Below are positions 1-10,379 of a stretch of DNA of 64,000 nucleotides, one piece after another. The stretch is taken from sequence record PX930852.1. One strand, 5' to 3'. The stretch comes from a phage. The position numbers and the translations under genes are program-made. Numbering within the stretch: the stretch's first letter is position 1; each line of letters begins with the position of its first letter. The notes beneath the pieces are model-generated. The model was given only the letters and a program-made list of their open reading frames with translations, had not been told where the DNA came from and made no database searches.

Positions 1-55
1 TTTATTTAAACTTTTTTCTTCAAAGAAGGGTGTGAACCCCTCTCTTTTATAGCTA

Positions 56-2047
56 TCACTCAGTTTCGAACGGGCAGTCATCTGCATCCTCACTTAATAC
101 AGGTGGAATCGTTGAGCTTTGACGCTGCTCTTCAGTATAGACTTCACCAGTCTCACGGTCAAACACTTCATCCTCATAATGTGGCAAAGAGTCATCGTAA
201 TGGTCTTCAGCTTCACCAATACCAAACTGTTGGCGAATATTTTCTGCTGCACCATCAATGTCAACTCCACAACCAGAGGCTTTAATGAGACGTCCTGTAT
301 CTGGATTGTACCAAGTATGACCAGCAATGCCTGTTGACTTACCGTGACGACGGCATTTAGTTAACTTGATTTTTGTCAAGTTTTTCTTAACAGGGTCTGG
401 GTCAACCTTGTTACGCATTAACAGAATGTTGTTCATAGAAATCTGGAAATACGCACCAGAACCTTTAATATCCTCTTCAGAGATATCTCCACCTTCGGAG
501 TTAGCCTTCTGACCACCTGCACTCTTACGAACGTGACAGACGTTCACCTGTGCATACTGGTAGCGTTTGCAACGACGCAATAGCTCAGATAAAACTTCCT
601 CTTCATCCGTATCTGAACGTGACAGAGCCAACGTAATAGGGTCAAGAATAATAATCTTACAGTCTAAGCTGTTAACAAGATAGTCAACAAACTCCAGCAA
701 GTTATCTTGGTCAATTGCCCCTTGATGGTCAACGATGTGGATACGACGACCTTTAGACAGTTCTGCGTGTGCCTTCTTCAATTCATCCCAATCACGTTCG
801 TCATAAGGAATCTCAGAAATCTGCTTGCTCAGGTGGATTGCACAGAGCATCTCCATCAACTCTTCATAGGTATCTTCTACAGGAATTACACCAATATTGT
901 AATCGGTATCTTTCCAAGCAGTATAAATCATTTCACGAGTGTATGCAGATTTACCCACTGAAGATGGTGCTGCCAGAGTTGTAATCTCACCTAAACCGTA
1001 ACCACCATAAGTCAGTCTGTTCAAATCCCCGAAAGATTCTGGGAAAGGAATCAATGGAATCTGACCACGATTCTTCATTGCCTCAAAACCATCTGCAAAG
1101 TTCTTGATACCAGCAGGGCAATAACGAGGTGCGTTGTAGATACGCTGCTTAAATCCTTCCAGAACTGTGTCTTTCTCTTTATAGAACTTTGTCCACCATT
1201 CGTTAAGGTCTTTTACACCCTCTGGATACTGGAATAAACGAACCTTCTCGATAGGTAAGATACCAGCAGCCTCTTTGGTAGCTTTAGCACCTGCTTCATC
1301 GTTATCAAAGCACAAGTAAATTTCATCAAATGATGTGATGTACTGATAGTTATCTTTGATAGACTTGATGTTTGCACCTGACGGAACAGATACATGACAG
1401 TAATTCTTACGACGAGATTTGTCCTTAATCGCAAGAGAAGTCATATAGATTGCTGTCGCACATTCCATCTCACCTTCCCAGATGAATAGACGGTTACCAC
1501 CTTCTGGAGCAATCCATGAACCGAACATTGCCAGTTCACCTTTAATGTCTCCAACACCACCTGAGAAGTCTTTTAGCTTACCTCGTAGGTGTTCTTTTGG
1601 ATGGTCTTCTGGATAACGATGACGTACACGGTAACCGACGTGCTCTAGCTTACCATCTTCATTACGTTTGTAAGTTGGATAGAAATGCGCATCAATTTCA
1701 CCGTCACTGTCAATGTCAACCTTGATACCCAAACGCTCAAGAACTTTTGCAGGAATCTTCCTGTCCTTTAAGTCCATTGCTTCAAGGTTTTCTTTCACAT
1801 CGTCTAAATCCATTCCACGGAAAGTACGGTTTTTATTGTCTGAACCAGTAGAATAAGTGCTCACGATTTGTCCTTTATCAAAATCCCACTCTGGGAAACC
1901 TTTGTTACAACTAAAGCAAGTCATTGAATAAGAATCATCGTCATGGTGATAGATTGAACCAGCATCTGATGAACCACAACGTGGACATGCGCAATGACCA
2001 ACAAACTGACCAGCCTCTTTCAATTTACGACCTTTAGACATTAGCAC
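56..2047 (-). CDS. bifunctional DNA primase/helicase (T7 gp4-like)
   Basis: 663-aa ORF; N-terminal CxxC..CxxC zinc ribbon (CACPRCG..CFSCNKG), acidic TOPRIM-like motifs (WEGEME, FDNDE), DnaB-type Walker A (APSSVGKSA) in C-terminal half. Confidence 0.8.
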   Translation of the reverse strand: MLMSKGRKLKEAGQFVGHCACPRCGSSDAGSIYHHDDDSYSMTCFSCNKGFPEWDFDKGQIVSTYSTGSDNKNRTFRGMDLDDVKENLEAMDLKDRKIPAKVLERLGIKVDIDSDGEIDAHFYPTYKRNEDGKLEHVGYRVRHRYPEDHPKEHLRGKLKDFSGGVGDIKGELAMFGSWIAPEGGNRLFIWEGEMECATAIYMTSLAIKDKSRRKNYCHVSVPSGANIKSIKDNYQYITSFDEIYLCFDNDEAGAKATKEAAGILPIEKVRLFQYPEGVKDLNEWWTKFYKEKDTVLEGFKQRIYNAPRYCPAGIKNFADGFEAMKNRGQIPLIPFPESFGDLNRLTYGGYGLGEITTLAAPSSVGKSAYTREMIYTAWKDTDYNIGVIPVEDTYEELMEMLCAIHLSKQISEIPYDERDWDELKKAHAELSKGRRIHIVDHQGAIDQDNLLEFVDYLVNSLDCKIIILDPITLALSRSDTDEEEVLSELLRRCKRYQYAQVNVCHVRKSAGGQKANSEGGDISEEDIKGSGAYFQISMNNILLMRNKVDPDPVKKNLTKIKLTKCRRHGKSTGIAGHTWYNPDTGRLIKASGCGVDIDGAAENIRQQFGIGEAEDHYDDSLPHYEDEVFDRETGEVYTEEQRQSSTIPPVLSEDADDCPFETE

Positions 2048-2246
2048 CTCTTCGTTGTAGTTCTGCCTTCAATCCATTTTCAATCTTGTCCAGTTCATGA
2101 ATTTCATCTGCAATCTCTTTCCTTCGTGATTCAACTCTCTTAAGACGTTCAATCATTACCTCATTGGAAAGAGATGAGAGTTCCACTAAACGGTGGTCAA
2201 TAACTTTAAAATTGTCTTTTACTCTCATCTTCATTATCTCTTTCAA
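2034..2246 (-). CDS. hypothetical protein (70 aa, coiled-coil)
   Basis: ORF overlapping flanking genes by a few nt (coupled arrangement). Confidence 0.4.
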   Translation of the reverse strand: MKEIMKMRVKDNFKVIDHRLVELSSLSNEVMIERLKRVESRRKEIADEIHELDKIENGLKAELQRRGANV

Positions 2247-2986
2247 ACTTTAATGATGGCTCTTAGCTTGTTCTCAAGGTCTGCAAGAGTACCATTATTA
2301 TGAATAATGTCACGCTCATATTTTGTAGAAATCCCATTTTCTGAAACATGTGATGAAACTTTGTCCACATTGTCTCTTTTTACTTCAATAGTTTGGTGTG
2401 CAAATCTACTCAGCCATTCAGCTTCAGAGTCAAATCTTAAATCACTGATTAAGACAAAACCATATTGATTTCTAAGTGAGCACATTTCATGGAATCTAAC
2501 CATTCTTTTTTCAAGGTCTTTAGACCAGAACTTGTCGCCCATTACTTTACGGACAACTTCAGTACCCCAAATCTGTTGAATTTGTCTTGATGAGAATTTA
2601 TACTTTTTACTAAACCCCAGACGTGTCAATAGAGTCGGTTTAGCAACCTTCTTAAGCTCCATGATTAATCGTCCGGTTAACTCTGACATAAGCTTGAAGT
2701 CCATATGGTAACGTTCATCCCTGAAGGTGAACTCCATAGCTTCCGTAACTTTAAACATCAGTTCATGATATGATAAGTCAAATACCTGCGGAGTCTCTTT
2801 AGTTTCACCGTACAGGTCATTCCAAGTCAAGTCAAATATCTTTGATGCAGATAGTTTAAGGTTGTCTGCAAAGGCCATTACTGCAACATTGTAGCCGTGC
2901 TCATCCTCTAAGATGTTCTTCACAATAGAACATGAGGTGTCTTTTCCAGAACGCGCCTTTCCAGTAAATGCTATAATATTACTCAT
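2243..2986 (-). CDS. P-loop nucleotide kinase, dNMP kinase-like
   Basis: 247-aa ORF with N-terminal GKARSGKDT P-loop resembling phage deoxynucleoside monophosphate kinases. Confidence 0.55.
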   Translation of the reverse strand: MSNIIAFTGKARSGKDTSCSIVKNILEDEHGYNVAVMAFADNLKLSASKIFDLTWNDLYGETKETPQVFDLSYHELMFKVTEAMEFTFRDERYHMDFKLMSELTGRLIMELKKVAKPTLLTRLGFSKKYKFSSRQIQQIWGTEVVRKVMGDKFWSKDLEKRMVRFHEMCSLRNQYGFVLISDLRFDSEAEWLSRFAHQTIEVKRDNVDKVSSHVSENGISTKYERDIIHNNGTLADLENKLRAIIKV

Positions 2987-3003
2987 TTTATCTCCATTAA
3001 TTA

Positions 3004-3029
3004 CTAAAAAGCCCCCAACTAAGGAGGCT
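3004..3029 (-). terminator. rho-independent terminator-like hairpin
   Basis: minus-sense AGCCTCC-loop-GGGGGCT followed by U-run. Confidence 0.45.
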
Positions 3030-3047
3030 TGTAAGATTTATAAAGAC

Positions 3048-3848
3048 TTAGTGCAGTTGGTCAGCAGACTCTTTTTCAGCCATAGCTGAGATTTGCTTCA
3101 CAAAATCATCACCAAAGTTAATGCGCAGCTTCTCTTCAATGATTGAAGCACCAATGCTCACCAGAACATCATTGATTGCTTGCATACTCACACCACCAGT
3201 CATACTCTCAATGAACTCAATGCTTGTGCCCATCATCTGTGAAAGCTGGATTAGTGCAACGATATTCATCATCGTAGAGATGGCTGGAATCATCAATGCA
3301 ACTTTCACCTGAAGTGGTTCAATGTCAGCTACAGAATCATTTTTTACAGCTTCTTCCAAAGAATCTTTGGTTTGCTGGATAATCTCTTTGATTCGTGGGT
3401 TTAATTCCTCTACACCCCAATCAAGCTTTTCATATCGTGACAGCTTCTCTTCCATTCGCTTCTCAAGAGCAGCCATAACAGCACTCGTTGATGAGATAAG
3501 CGTATCAATAATGAAATCAGTGTCCTTAGTCAGCAACAGTTCCTTATCTTCGTCTGACATCCTGATATAGTCATTCTTTTGCATTTCATAAAAAATGAAC
3601 TCAGCAAGTGCATCAACACCAACCGCAATAGATGCCAGAGCAAGTGTAGTGTCTGTCAACATCATATTAACCTGTTCTGCAAAAGCACCGTTATCAGACT
3701 TGTCTTCAGGCAAGTTATAGCTTGCAGGCATAAACTGTTCTGTGTAGTTATTACCACGAAGAATCATAGCCATGCTTTCTACGGCATTGATTAAGAATGC
3801 TTCATCAACACCTTTCTCTTCAAGCATCTTTTCTACATCGATATTCAT
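3048..3848 (-). CDS. hypothetical protein (266 aa)
   Basis: long ORF, coding-like composition, abuts next gene. Confidence 0.5.
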   Translation of the reverse strand: MNIDVEKMLEEKGVDEAFLINAVESMAMILRGNNYTEQFMPASYNLPEDKSDNGAFAEQVNMMLTDTTLALASIAVGVDALAEFIFYEMQKNDYIRMSDEDKELLLTKDTDFIIDTLISSTSAVMAALEKRMEEKLSRYEKLDWGVEELNPRIKEIIQQTKDSLEEAVKNDSVADIEPLQVKVALMIPAISTMMNIVALIQLSQMMGTSIEFIESMTGGVSMQAINDVLVSIGASIIEEKLRINFGDDFVKQISAMAEKESADQLH

Positions 3849-3849
3849 A

Positions 3850-4272
3850 TTATTTCTCTCTCAGTTGGTTAAGTTTCTTTCTAGAACATTTTAAGTTTTC
3901 GGATGAAGAAAAGTCAAGTGTCTTTTCAGAACGTGGATAATAGTGCCTATCCCAAGAAGTTTCAACATCGTTAATCAGTGACGCTAGATTACACAGGTCT
4001 GTACCACTTTGCAACCTCTTTTTAAGAGAATCTAGTAAAGCAACTGTGTCTTTAGCTTTACGTCTCGCTGTAGCAACATCTTTCATATGCTCAAATACAG
4101 AGCATTTTAAGTCATCTTCATAGTTTTCAGACAACTCTATTTCATGTTGTATATCAACCATTCTCCTGTGATGGTGAGCATATTCCCGTTGAGCAGCAAT
4201 GTCAAGTTCTTCCAACTTCTGCAAAGCTCTAACAAAGTCAGCTATGTCTGGGTGAACAAACATTTTCTGCAT
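3850..4272 (-). CDS. hypothetical protein (140 aa)
   Basis: ORF immediately upstream of 3048..3848 on same strand. Confidence 0.5.
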   Translation of the reverse strand: MQKMFVHPDIADFVRALQKLEELDIAAQREYAHHHRRMVDIQHEIELSENYEDDLKCSVFEHMKDVATARRKAKDTVALLDSLKKRLQSGTDLCNLASLINDVETSWDRHYYPRSEKTLDFSSSENLKCSRKKLNQLREK

Positions 4273-4436
4273 GTAAGCCTCTTTTAAGTAACTATTAAGT
4301 TTTAATCTTTTATCTTAACGTATTCTATACGTTATACTTTAAAGCTTTTTAAAAGCTATTAAATAATCTTTTAAGAATTTTAAAGTATCTGTATAGTTAA
4401 ACTGTTAAGTAACCTTTTAAGTAAAAACCCACTTCG

Positions 4437-4470
4437 CAAAGATTAACACCTTGTCAAGTGCATTGTCAAC
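4437..4470 (+). promoter_or_regulatory. conserved tandem TTGTCAA promoter-like element (copy 1)
   Basis: ACCTTGTCAAGTGCATTGTCAACTTGCTTTTTATA upstream of DNA polymerase; near-identical copy at 47188. Confidence 0.45.
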
Positions 4471-4529
4471 TTGCTTTTTATAATTTTTTGCAGTAATGTA
4501 TGAGGTTAATGATTTTAGAGGGAGTAAAA

Positions 4530-7229
4530 ATGGAAAACGTAGATTTTAAAAACTTACATTTAGTTGGTGATACAGAAACTGATGGTTTACTCCTTGAGTT
4601 CACTAAAGTGCACGTAATGGCTTTCGCAGACTATAAATCTGACGATGAAGAGCCACCTGTATGGGTCTTTACGGATGAACCTATCCTCGGTCACAAGTAT
4701 ACCAAGTACATTAAGGGTGGCTTACGTGAAGGTGTTGAATTTGCGTTAAAGGCAAAACGTCTTTGCATCCATAACGGTCTCGGTTATGACTGGTGGGTTT
4801 TTAATCACATTGCACCTGATTTATGGAACTTTGATAATCCAAAGTGTAAGCCGTGGAGTAATTTCTTTCAGGATTCTCTTATCCAGTCTCGTGTTCAGTG
4901 GATGGATAGACCAACTCCAAAGGGTTATAAAGGTGCTCATGGCTTGGCTGCATGGGGTGCTCGTGTTGGTGTTCGTAAGCCAGAGATTGAGCATTGGGGT
5001 GTGTGGAATGCAGAAATCTTCACTCGTGTTGTAGAAGATATCCGTATTAACGCCAAAACTAAACGGGCACTTGATAACGAGTATCTCAAGCTTAAGAAGT
5101 GTGGCATAGACACTTATGAAACTTACATGCGAGCTAAAGAAACATCTTTCTGGATGAGTCAACAAGCTATCAATGGTTGGAAAGCTGATAAAGAGCTTAT
5201 GGAGTTCCATGTAAAGGAGCTTGACAAGTTGACTAATGAGCTTGCTTCAGAGGTTGAACCACATCTACCTCCAACTATTAAGACCAAAGGTAAAGTCACT
5301 GGAGAAGAGTTTGCAAAAGCTTGGAATGAGTATGTTGAAACATTTGGTCATGCAGATGGACTGAAAAGAATTACCAAGTACCCTAAGACAAAGTATCGTC
5401 AGCAGGTACGTAATGGTGAGATGCAGACATACGAAATCAAACCATTTGGTAAGCCAACTACAAAGATTTTTAACATTGAAAAGAGAAATTGCTATACACC
5501 AACCAACTCTGTAACTGGTGAAGAGTACAAGGAAGGCTTTGTAGCAATGAAGGATGCTCGTGCAATTTGCAATGAGTTGAACGCAAAGATTGGTAAGAAA
5601 TGCAAAGACTGGAAGCCAGTAAAAACAGTCAAAACTGTGAAGTACTATAACAGCCACGTTGTTAACCACTTTGAACTTGAGTCAAGTCGCTACACAGGTT
5701 TGATTGATGCACCATATACACCAATTGAGTTTGAAGTTTCTCGTATGACTCAGGTAGCAGTTGTTAAAGACTACTTGAAATCAGTTGGTTGGATTCCAGA
5801 TGACTGGAACTACAAGAAAGACTCAGATGGTCGCCCTGTCAAAGTTTGTCGTTTCAAAGACAATAAAAAGATGATTACAAAACATCCTAAGTGGCAGGAG
5901 ATGGTGGAACGATGTGGTTTAAGTTATGTTGAACATGAAGGTGTCCAGTACATTGAGCATAACTGGTCTGTGAAGAAGTACACAGATTTGCTTGAGCCTT
6001 GCTTAATCCGTACTTCACCAAAACTTACTGAATCATCTTATGATACGATTGAAGGTGAGCTTGGACAGAAGATTGCTAAGTACTATACTTTGATGCACCG
6101 ACGCAGAACTATTGAGAACTCAAAGGATGATGAAAAAGGTTGGTTGAACCAGATTCGTCCTGATGGTCGCCTTAGTGCTGGTGCAATGGTGTTCGGTACT
6201 TCAACTGGACGTATGACGCAATATGGTATTGTAAACGTACCGTCTGGTGCTGCTGTCTATGGGGAACCAATGAGGGCAGTGTGGATTTGTGAGGAAGGTA
6301 CTAACGTTGTCTCTGTAGATATGAACTCTGCCCAGCTAGTTCTTCTTTGTAACTTTATGGGTGATAAAGACTTCACCAAAGCGGTAACGCAAGGTAAAGA
6401 AGAAATTGAGTTCATTCGTCAAGAAGATGGACGCTATTACTGCAAACACTTTGATGAGTACCTCAACCCAGAGATTGATAAGTACCTTCGCTATGACTCT
6501 GAGAATGACCTGTACGTTGTTTATTCAGGGACTGATGCACATACACTGAACAGTATCTACTTTAGCTTGAATGATGAGCAGGATATCTTGACTTGTCGAG
6601 CTACTCAGGATGAGAATCTTCTTCATGAGATTAGCAAAGGTCGTAAGAAAGCTAAGAATGGTATCTATGCACTACTGTTCGGTGCAGGGGATGAGAAGTT
6701 TGCTAAGACGATTAAAGCTGCAACTACTCAGGAAGGCGCACTGACTAAACAGACTTATTTTATTCGTTTGCCTAAAATTAAGAAGCTGTTAGATGACTTG
6801 GAAGCTGACTACAAAGCAACTAAAAAGGCACTTGAAGAGGTGTTTGGTAAGACTGCTGCAATCTCTAAAGGGGGTTTTGTAAAGGTTGCTGGAGCTTGGT
6901 TGTGGTGTAAATCTCCACACAAACTGTTGAACTACCTTTTGATGGGTTCAGAGGCCCAGATTCAAAATGAGGCAATTAACCTTGCTTGTCGTCGCATGAT
7001 TGACGAAGGGTTGATGAAGCTAAATGGGCGTAAACCAGCTATAGGTGCTCGTTTGCTCTGCGCATATCACGATGAAACAAGTTGGGAATGCCCAGAAAGT
7101 ATGACGGCAGAAGTGAAAGCAGTTACTGACTGGTATTATGGACAAGCTTCTAAAAACTTAGGTCTTAAGAAAGAAACACTTGTTACAGGTACTGGTAAGG
7201 TTGGTAAAAGCTGGCTTGAAGTACACTAA
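4530..7229 (+). CDS. DNA polymerase, family A (Pol I/T7-like) with 3-5 exonuclease domain
   Basis: ORF 4500..7229; start chosen at ATG 4530 preceded by GGAG; DTETDG exonuclease motif, motif B-like K..IYALLFGAG, motif C YHDE. Confidence 0.85.
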   Translation: MENVDFKNLHLVGDTETDGLLLEFTKVHVMAFADYKSDDEEPPVWVFTDEPILGHKYTKYIKGGLREGVEFALKAKRLCIHNGLGYDWWVFNHIAPDLWNFDNPKCKPWSNFFQDSLIQSRVQWMDRPTPKGYKGAHGLAAWGARVGVRKPEIEHWGVWNAEIFTRVVEDIRINAKTKRALDNEYLKLKKCGIDTYETYMRAKETSFWMSQQAINGWKADKELMEFHVKELDKLTNELASEVEPHLPPTIKTKGKVTGEEFAKAWNEYVETFGHADGLKRITKYPKTKYRQQVRNGEMQTYEIKPFGKPTTKIFNIEKRNCYTPTNSVTGEEYKEGFVAMKDARAICNELNAKIGKKCKDWKPVKTVKTVKYYNSHVVNHFELESSRYTGLIDAPYTPIEFEVSRMTQVAVVKDYLKSVGWIPDDWNYKKDSDGRPVKVCRFKDNKKMITKHPKWQEMVERCGLSYVEHEGVQYIEHNWSVKKYTDLLEPCLIRTSPKLTESSYDTIEGELGQKIAKYYTLMHRRRTIENSKDDEKGWLNQIRPDGRLSAGAMVFGTSTGRMTQYGIVNVPSGAAVYGEPMRAVWICEEGTNVVSVDMNSAQLVLLCNFMGDKDFTKAVTQGKEEIEFIRQEDGRYYCKHFDEYLNPEIDKYLRYDSENDLYVVYSGTDAHTLNSIYFSLNDEQDILTCRATQDENLLHEISKGRKKAKNGIYALLFGAGDEKFAKTIKAATTQEGALTKQTYFIRLPKIKKLLDDLEADYKATKKALEEVFGKTAAISKGGFVKVAGAWLWCKSPHKLLNYLLMGSEAQIQNEAINLACRRMIDEGLMKLNGRKPAIGARLLCAYHDETSWECPESMTAEVKAVTDWYYGQASKNLGLKKETLVTGTGKVGKSWLEVH

Positions 7230-7290
7230 TTAGTATTGACAAGGTGCTCATGGAAGAGTACCTTATACTGTATCTTATATAGGAGGGCTT

Positions 7291-7500
7291 ATGAGCCATC
7301 GTGGAAGAACCCATGCAGCGATGATGAAAGGTGCTTCAAAGGAGACTATCAAAAATCGTAAGCAGAAGTTGTTTGAGAGAATGAACAGGTTAATTGACAA
7401 TTCATCTCTTTCAGGTTCTGAGAAGGTTTTCTTGAAAGGTAATCTGAAAAGCATTGCACAAGAACTTATTGACATTGAGTATTGGAGACATCAAAAATGA
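7291..7500 (+). CDS. hypothetical protein (69 aa)
   Basis: ATG preceded by GGAGGG RBS. Confidence 0.45.
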   Translation: MSHRGRTHAAMMKGASKETIKNRKQKLFERMNRLIDNSSLSGSEKVFLKGNLKSIAQELIDIEYWRHQK

Positions 7501-7715
7501 CACTTGCAGACGTTATTCAGCAACTTCACGACAACTGCTATACTCCAGAGTTGATTCAGGAGATGTGTATTGTAGTGATGCCTAGCAAGTTCGTAAAAGC
7601 CTTTAACAGTGACACTTTAAGGTCTGCACACATTCTTATTGTTGAAGGTAAGATTGCAAAAGACCGTACTGGAGTACTCAAAGGTGAGCGTATTGATATT
7701 CTGGAGTTGCTATGA
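7497..7715 (+). CDS. hypothetical protein
   Basis: ORF 7482..7715; internal ATG 7497 has GGAGA RBS and ATGA overlap with upstream stop. Confidence 0.4.
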   Translation: MTLADVIQQLHDNCYTPELIQEMCIVVMPSKFVKAFNSDTLRSAHILIVEGKIAKDRTGVLKGERIDILELL

Positions 7716-7981
7716 AGAAAATGTACAGTCTCTGGGGAAGTATTATGTGGAAAGCAGTAATTGCGCTTGGTGTTGTTTTTCTATCTGGCTGCAACCCTTC
7801 TTATGAAGATAAAAATGCTTCTTACAGTCTCCCACCAGAGATGCAAGATTGCAGAGTATACAAGTTACATGGTGATGCTATAAGCAGAGATATTGTTGTT
7901 GTCAGATGTCCAAACTCCCAAACAACAACATCTTATAGCTATGGCAAAAATGGTCAATCACACACTACGGTTATTGAGTGA
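7712..7981 (+). CDS. putative lipoprotein
   Basis: signal peptide with lipobox-like FLSGC; GGAG RBS; ATGA overlap with upstream gene. Confidence 0.5.
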   Translation: MKKMYSLWGSIMWKAVIALGVVFLSGCNPSYEDKNASYSLPPEMQDCRVYKLHGDAISRDIVVVRCPNSQTTTSYSYGKNGQSHTTVIE

Positions 7982-7991
7982 GGGTTTCACG

Positions 7992-8198
7992 ATGGAAGTC
8001 CTAGTAAACTATATCTATTGTTATGATGTTGTTCACTCTACTACAACGGTAGCTCAACGTAACCCAATCGTCCCACGAGAAGGTGAGTTGGTTCGCATTG
8101 ATGGTTGGACTTACACTGTGGAAAGCATCATTCATAAGTTTGATGTTGCTGGTGATGTTCAAGTTATTGACGTAGAAATTGGTGGTAAGAGAAAATGA
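7992..8198 (+). CDS. hypothetical protein
   Basis: ORF 7893..8198 trimmed to ATG 7992, which follows GAGGG RBS and avoids overlap with 7712..7981. Confidence 0.4.
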   Translation: MEVLVNYIYCYDVVHSTTTVAQRNPIVPREGELVRIDGWTYTVESIIHKFDVAGDVQVIDVEIGGKRK

Positions 8199-8548
8199 AA
8201 TCTAAGCAAACAATGGCAGATGCAATCTTCACAGTACACAGTTTCGAAAGGTTGCGCATCAAAGATGCAAAGGATACCCCAAAATGCGTTGTACATTTTA
8301 TTAAAAGGCGTAGTAACATGTCCTATATGAAATCTGACAAAGGCAATAGCACAAATGAATAAAGAAGACAAGCATAAAAATGCTGTATGAACTCCTGATG
8401 GAAAGGTTCAATCCTTCATTCTGACAGTTGGTGGAAAACCATTTCGTTGTCACTGCGGAGCGAACTGTTTTCATAAACCAGATAAAAATGACTTAGAGCT
8501 TTACGCATGTAATGCTTGCAACACTTGGTATCACTCAGAGGATTGATT

Positions 8549-9073
8549 ATGATTGACAATAGGCGCAGAAATATAATCATCAAAAACTTCCGCGAAGTGT
8601 CTCAAAATTTAAGGTTAGATGATGTCAGACTTAGGAAATCTTGGTATGACATAAAGGTATTAGAATATTCTAAAAATCAGCCAATTAAGTTATCTATCTT
8701 AGAACATTGGTATACAAACTTTGCAACACCTGAAAATCATAATAAATTATACAAAAACTATGTAGATATTTGTAAAAAGTTTGGTGTAGCAATAGTCGAC
8801 GACAGTATTGGATTGCTTTATGACCTGTACACAAGGTTCTCTGAATATGCTTTTAATGTTCAGTTCAAGAACTACTTAAAGTATGATGATGGTTCATTAA
8901 AGTTGTACAACTATGGTTATGGAAAACTAGCCTGCAAACAAGATGATGGTTCTTTTATAGACTTCTACACAGGGGTTTTTGTGTACTTACCTGAACAGTG
9001 TATGTCACTATCTGGGTTAGCAGTCTCACAATTTGGTATCTTTATTCCAGTAAAATCACACATGCTAAGGTAA
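8549..9073 (+). CDS. hypothetical protein
   Basis: ORF 8516..9073; ATG 8549 preceded by GAGGA RBS. Confidence 0.5.
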   Translation: MIDNRRRNIIIKNFREVSQNLRLDDVRLRKSWYDIKVLEYSKNQPIKLSILEHWYTNFATPENHNKLYKNYVDICKKFGVAIVDDSIGLLYDLYTRFSEYAFNVQFKNYLKYDDGSLKLYNYGYGKLACKQDDGSFIDFYTGVFVYLPEQCMSLSGLAVSQFGIFIPVKSHMLR

Positions 9074-9078
9074 TTTGA

Positions 9079-10179
9079 ATGACAATTCTGTACAAACAAA
9101 ATAAAGACGGTTCCTTCAACGTCTGGTCATGCGTTGCTGTAGGTGACAAAGTTATTACAACCTACGGTAAAGAAAATGGCAAGATGATGTTTGAAGAGTA
9201 TACAGCAGAGCCTAAAAACATCGGTAAAAAGAATGAGCGTAACGCTGAACAGCAAGCCCTCTTTGAAGTTGCTGCTAAGTATAAAAAGCAAGTTGACCGC
9301 AAAGGTTATGCTTACACAAAAGAGTCTGCACAGAATACTGAGAAGGTAGGTGTACAGCTTGCTCATGATGCTGCAAAGGTTAGTCATGCAAAGTATCTGA
9401 AGTTCCCTGCTGATGCTCAACCAAAACTTGATGGTGTCCGTTGTAGAATTTCAAGAGATGCTGATGCAGTCAGTTTCACAGCTTATTCTCGTGAGAATAC
9501 TGTTTACAACGTTCCAACAGAACTAATCCCAGATTTGCTTTTGTTGCTTAAATTACATCCGCAAGTTGAAGACTTTGACGGAGAGATTTATGCTCATGGT
9601 TGGGACTTAGAAGATATTGTATCTATGATTAAGAATGCTGACAATCCAGACCGTCACCTTCTTAAATTCTACTGGTATGATATCTGTGACAATTCAAAAT
9701 CTTGGCCTGAGCGTCGTGAAGTTATTGATAACTCACCTATTGTTGAGCTTGGGGATACCTGTAGAGTTGTTCCTGTACAGACTATCCGTGTAAATTCTTG
9801 GGAAGAGTTTGATGAAGCTCATGATAAGTGGGTTGAAGCTAAGTTTGAAGGTGCAATGTACCGTTCAATCTCTGAAGACTCCTTCTATGAGTGTTGTCAC
9901 CGTTCATACTTCTTGATTAAGCACAAGAAGATGCACACTGAAGAGTTTAAAGTGACTGGTGTAAAGACCGATAAGCGTGGTCATGGTAAGTTCGTTGTAG
10001 AGACTCTTCCTAACGTCTTTGTAGATGTTTCATGGAAAACTACACACGAGAAGAAACAGTATCTTGCTGAACATCCTGAAGAGTTTATCGGGAAACCTTT
10101 AACTGTTCAGTTCCAGAAGATGACTCGTAAAGGTTCTTTACAGTTTCCTGTAGGGCTAGTTATTAGGGATTATGAGTAA
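9079..10179 (+). CDS. ATP-dependent DNA ligase
   Basis: 366-aa ORF with nucleotidyltransferase motif I KLDGVR (KxDG) and phage-ligase-like size. Confidence 0.7.
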   Translation: MTILYKQNKDGSFNVWSCVAVGDKVITTYGKENGKMMFEEYTAEPKNIGKKNERNAEQQALFEVAAKYKKQVDRKGYAYTKESAQNTEKVGVQLAHDAAKVSHAKYLKFPADAQPKLDGVRCRISRDADAVSFTAYSRENTVYNVPTELIPDLLLLLKLHPQVEDFDGEIYAHGWDLEDIVSMIKNADNPDRHLLKFYWYDICDNSKSWPERREVIDNSPIVELGDTCRVVPVQTIRVNSWEEFDEAHDKWVEAKFEGAMYRSISEDSFYECCHRSYFLIKHKKMHTEEFKVTGVKTDKRGHGKFVVETLPNVFVDVSWKTTHEKKQYLAEHPEEFIGKPLTVQFQKMTRKGSLQFPVGLVIRDYE

Positions 10180-10182
10180 ACT

Positions 10183-10329
10183 ATGTTCAGTACAGTCATT
10201 CTATTTATACTGGTTGTCTTTGTATTGTCATACGTTGCAAGTAAGCTTTTGGACACATCTTTTGCAATGGGTGTCTTGTTTACAATCTTTTGTTTCGTGA
10301 CGCATATAGCTATCAGAACTTTTTTATAA
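10183..10329 (+). CDS. small hydrophobic peptide (48 aa), putative membrane protein
   Basis: short ORF MFSTVILFILVVFVLSYVAS.. directly after ligase stop; not in the 60-aa ORF track; weak RBS. Confidence 0.25.
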   Translation: MFSTVILFILVVFVLSYVASKLLDTSFAMGVLFTIFCFVTHIAIRTFL

Positions 10330-10335
10330 AAGTTG

Positions 10336-10363
10336 TTGACATAGGAAATTTGGTGAGTATACT
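10336..10363 (+). promoter_or_regulatory. sigma70-like promoter
   Basis: TTGACA-16 nt-TATACT immediately upstream of first GT-rich repeat array. Confidence 0.5.
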
Positions 10364-10379
10364 GAGCATCATAAACCAA

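Noticed and set aside
8391-8546. Zinc-finger-like reading frame (..CHCGANCFHKPD..CNACNTWYH..)
   Set aside because: No ATG/GTG/TTG start in frame after the upstream stop, and it overlaps the start region of 8549..9073.
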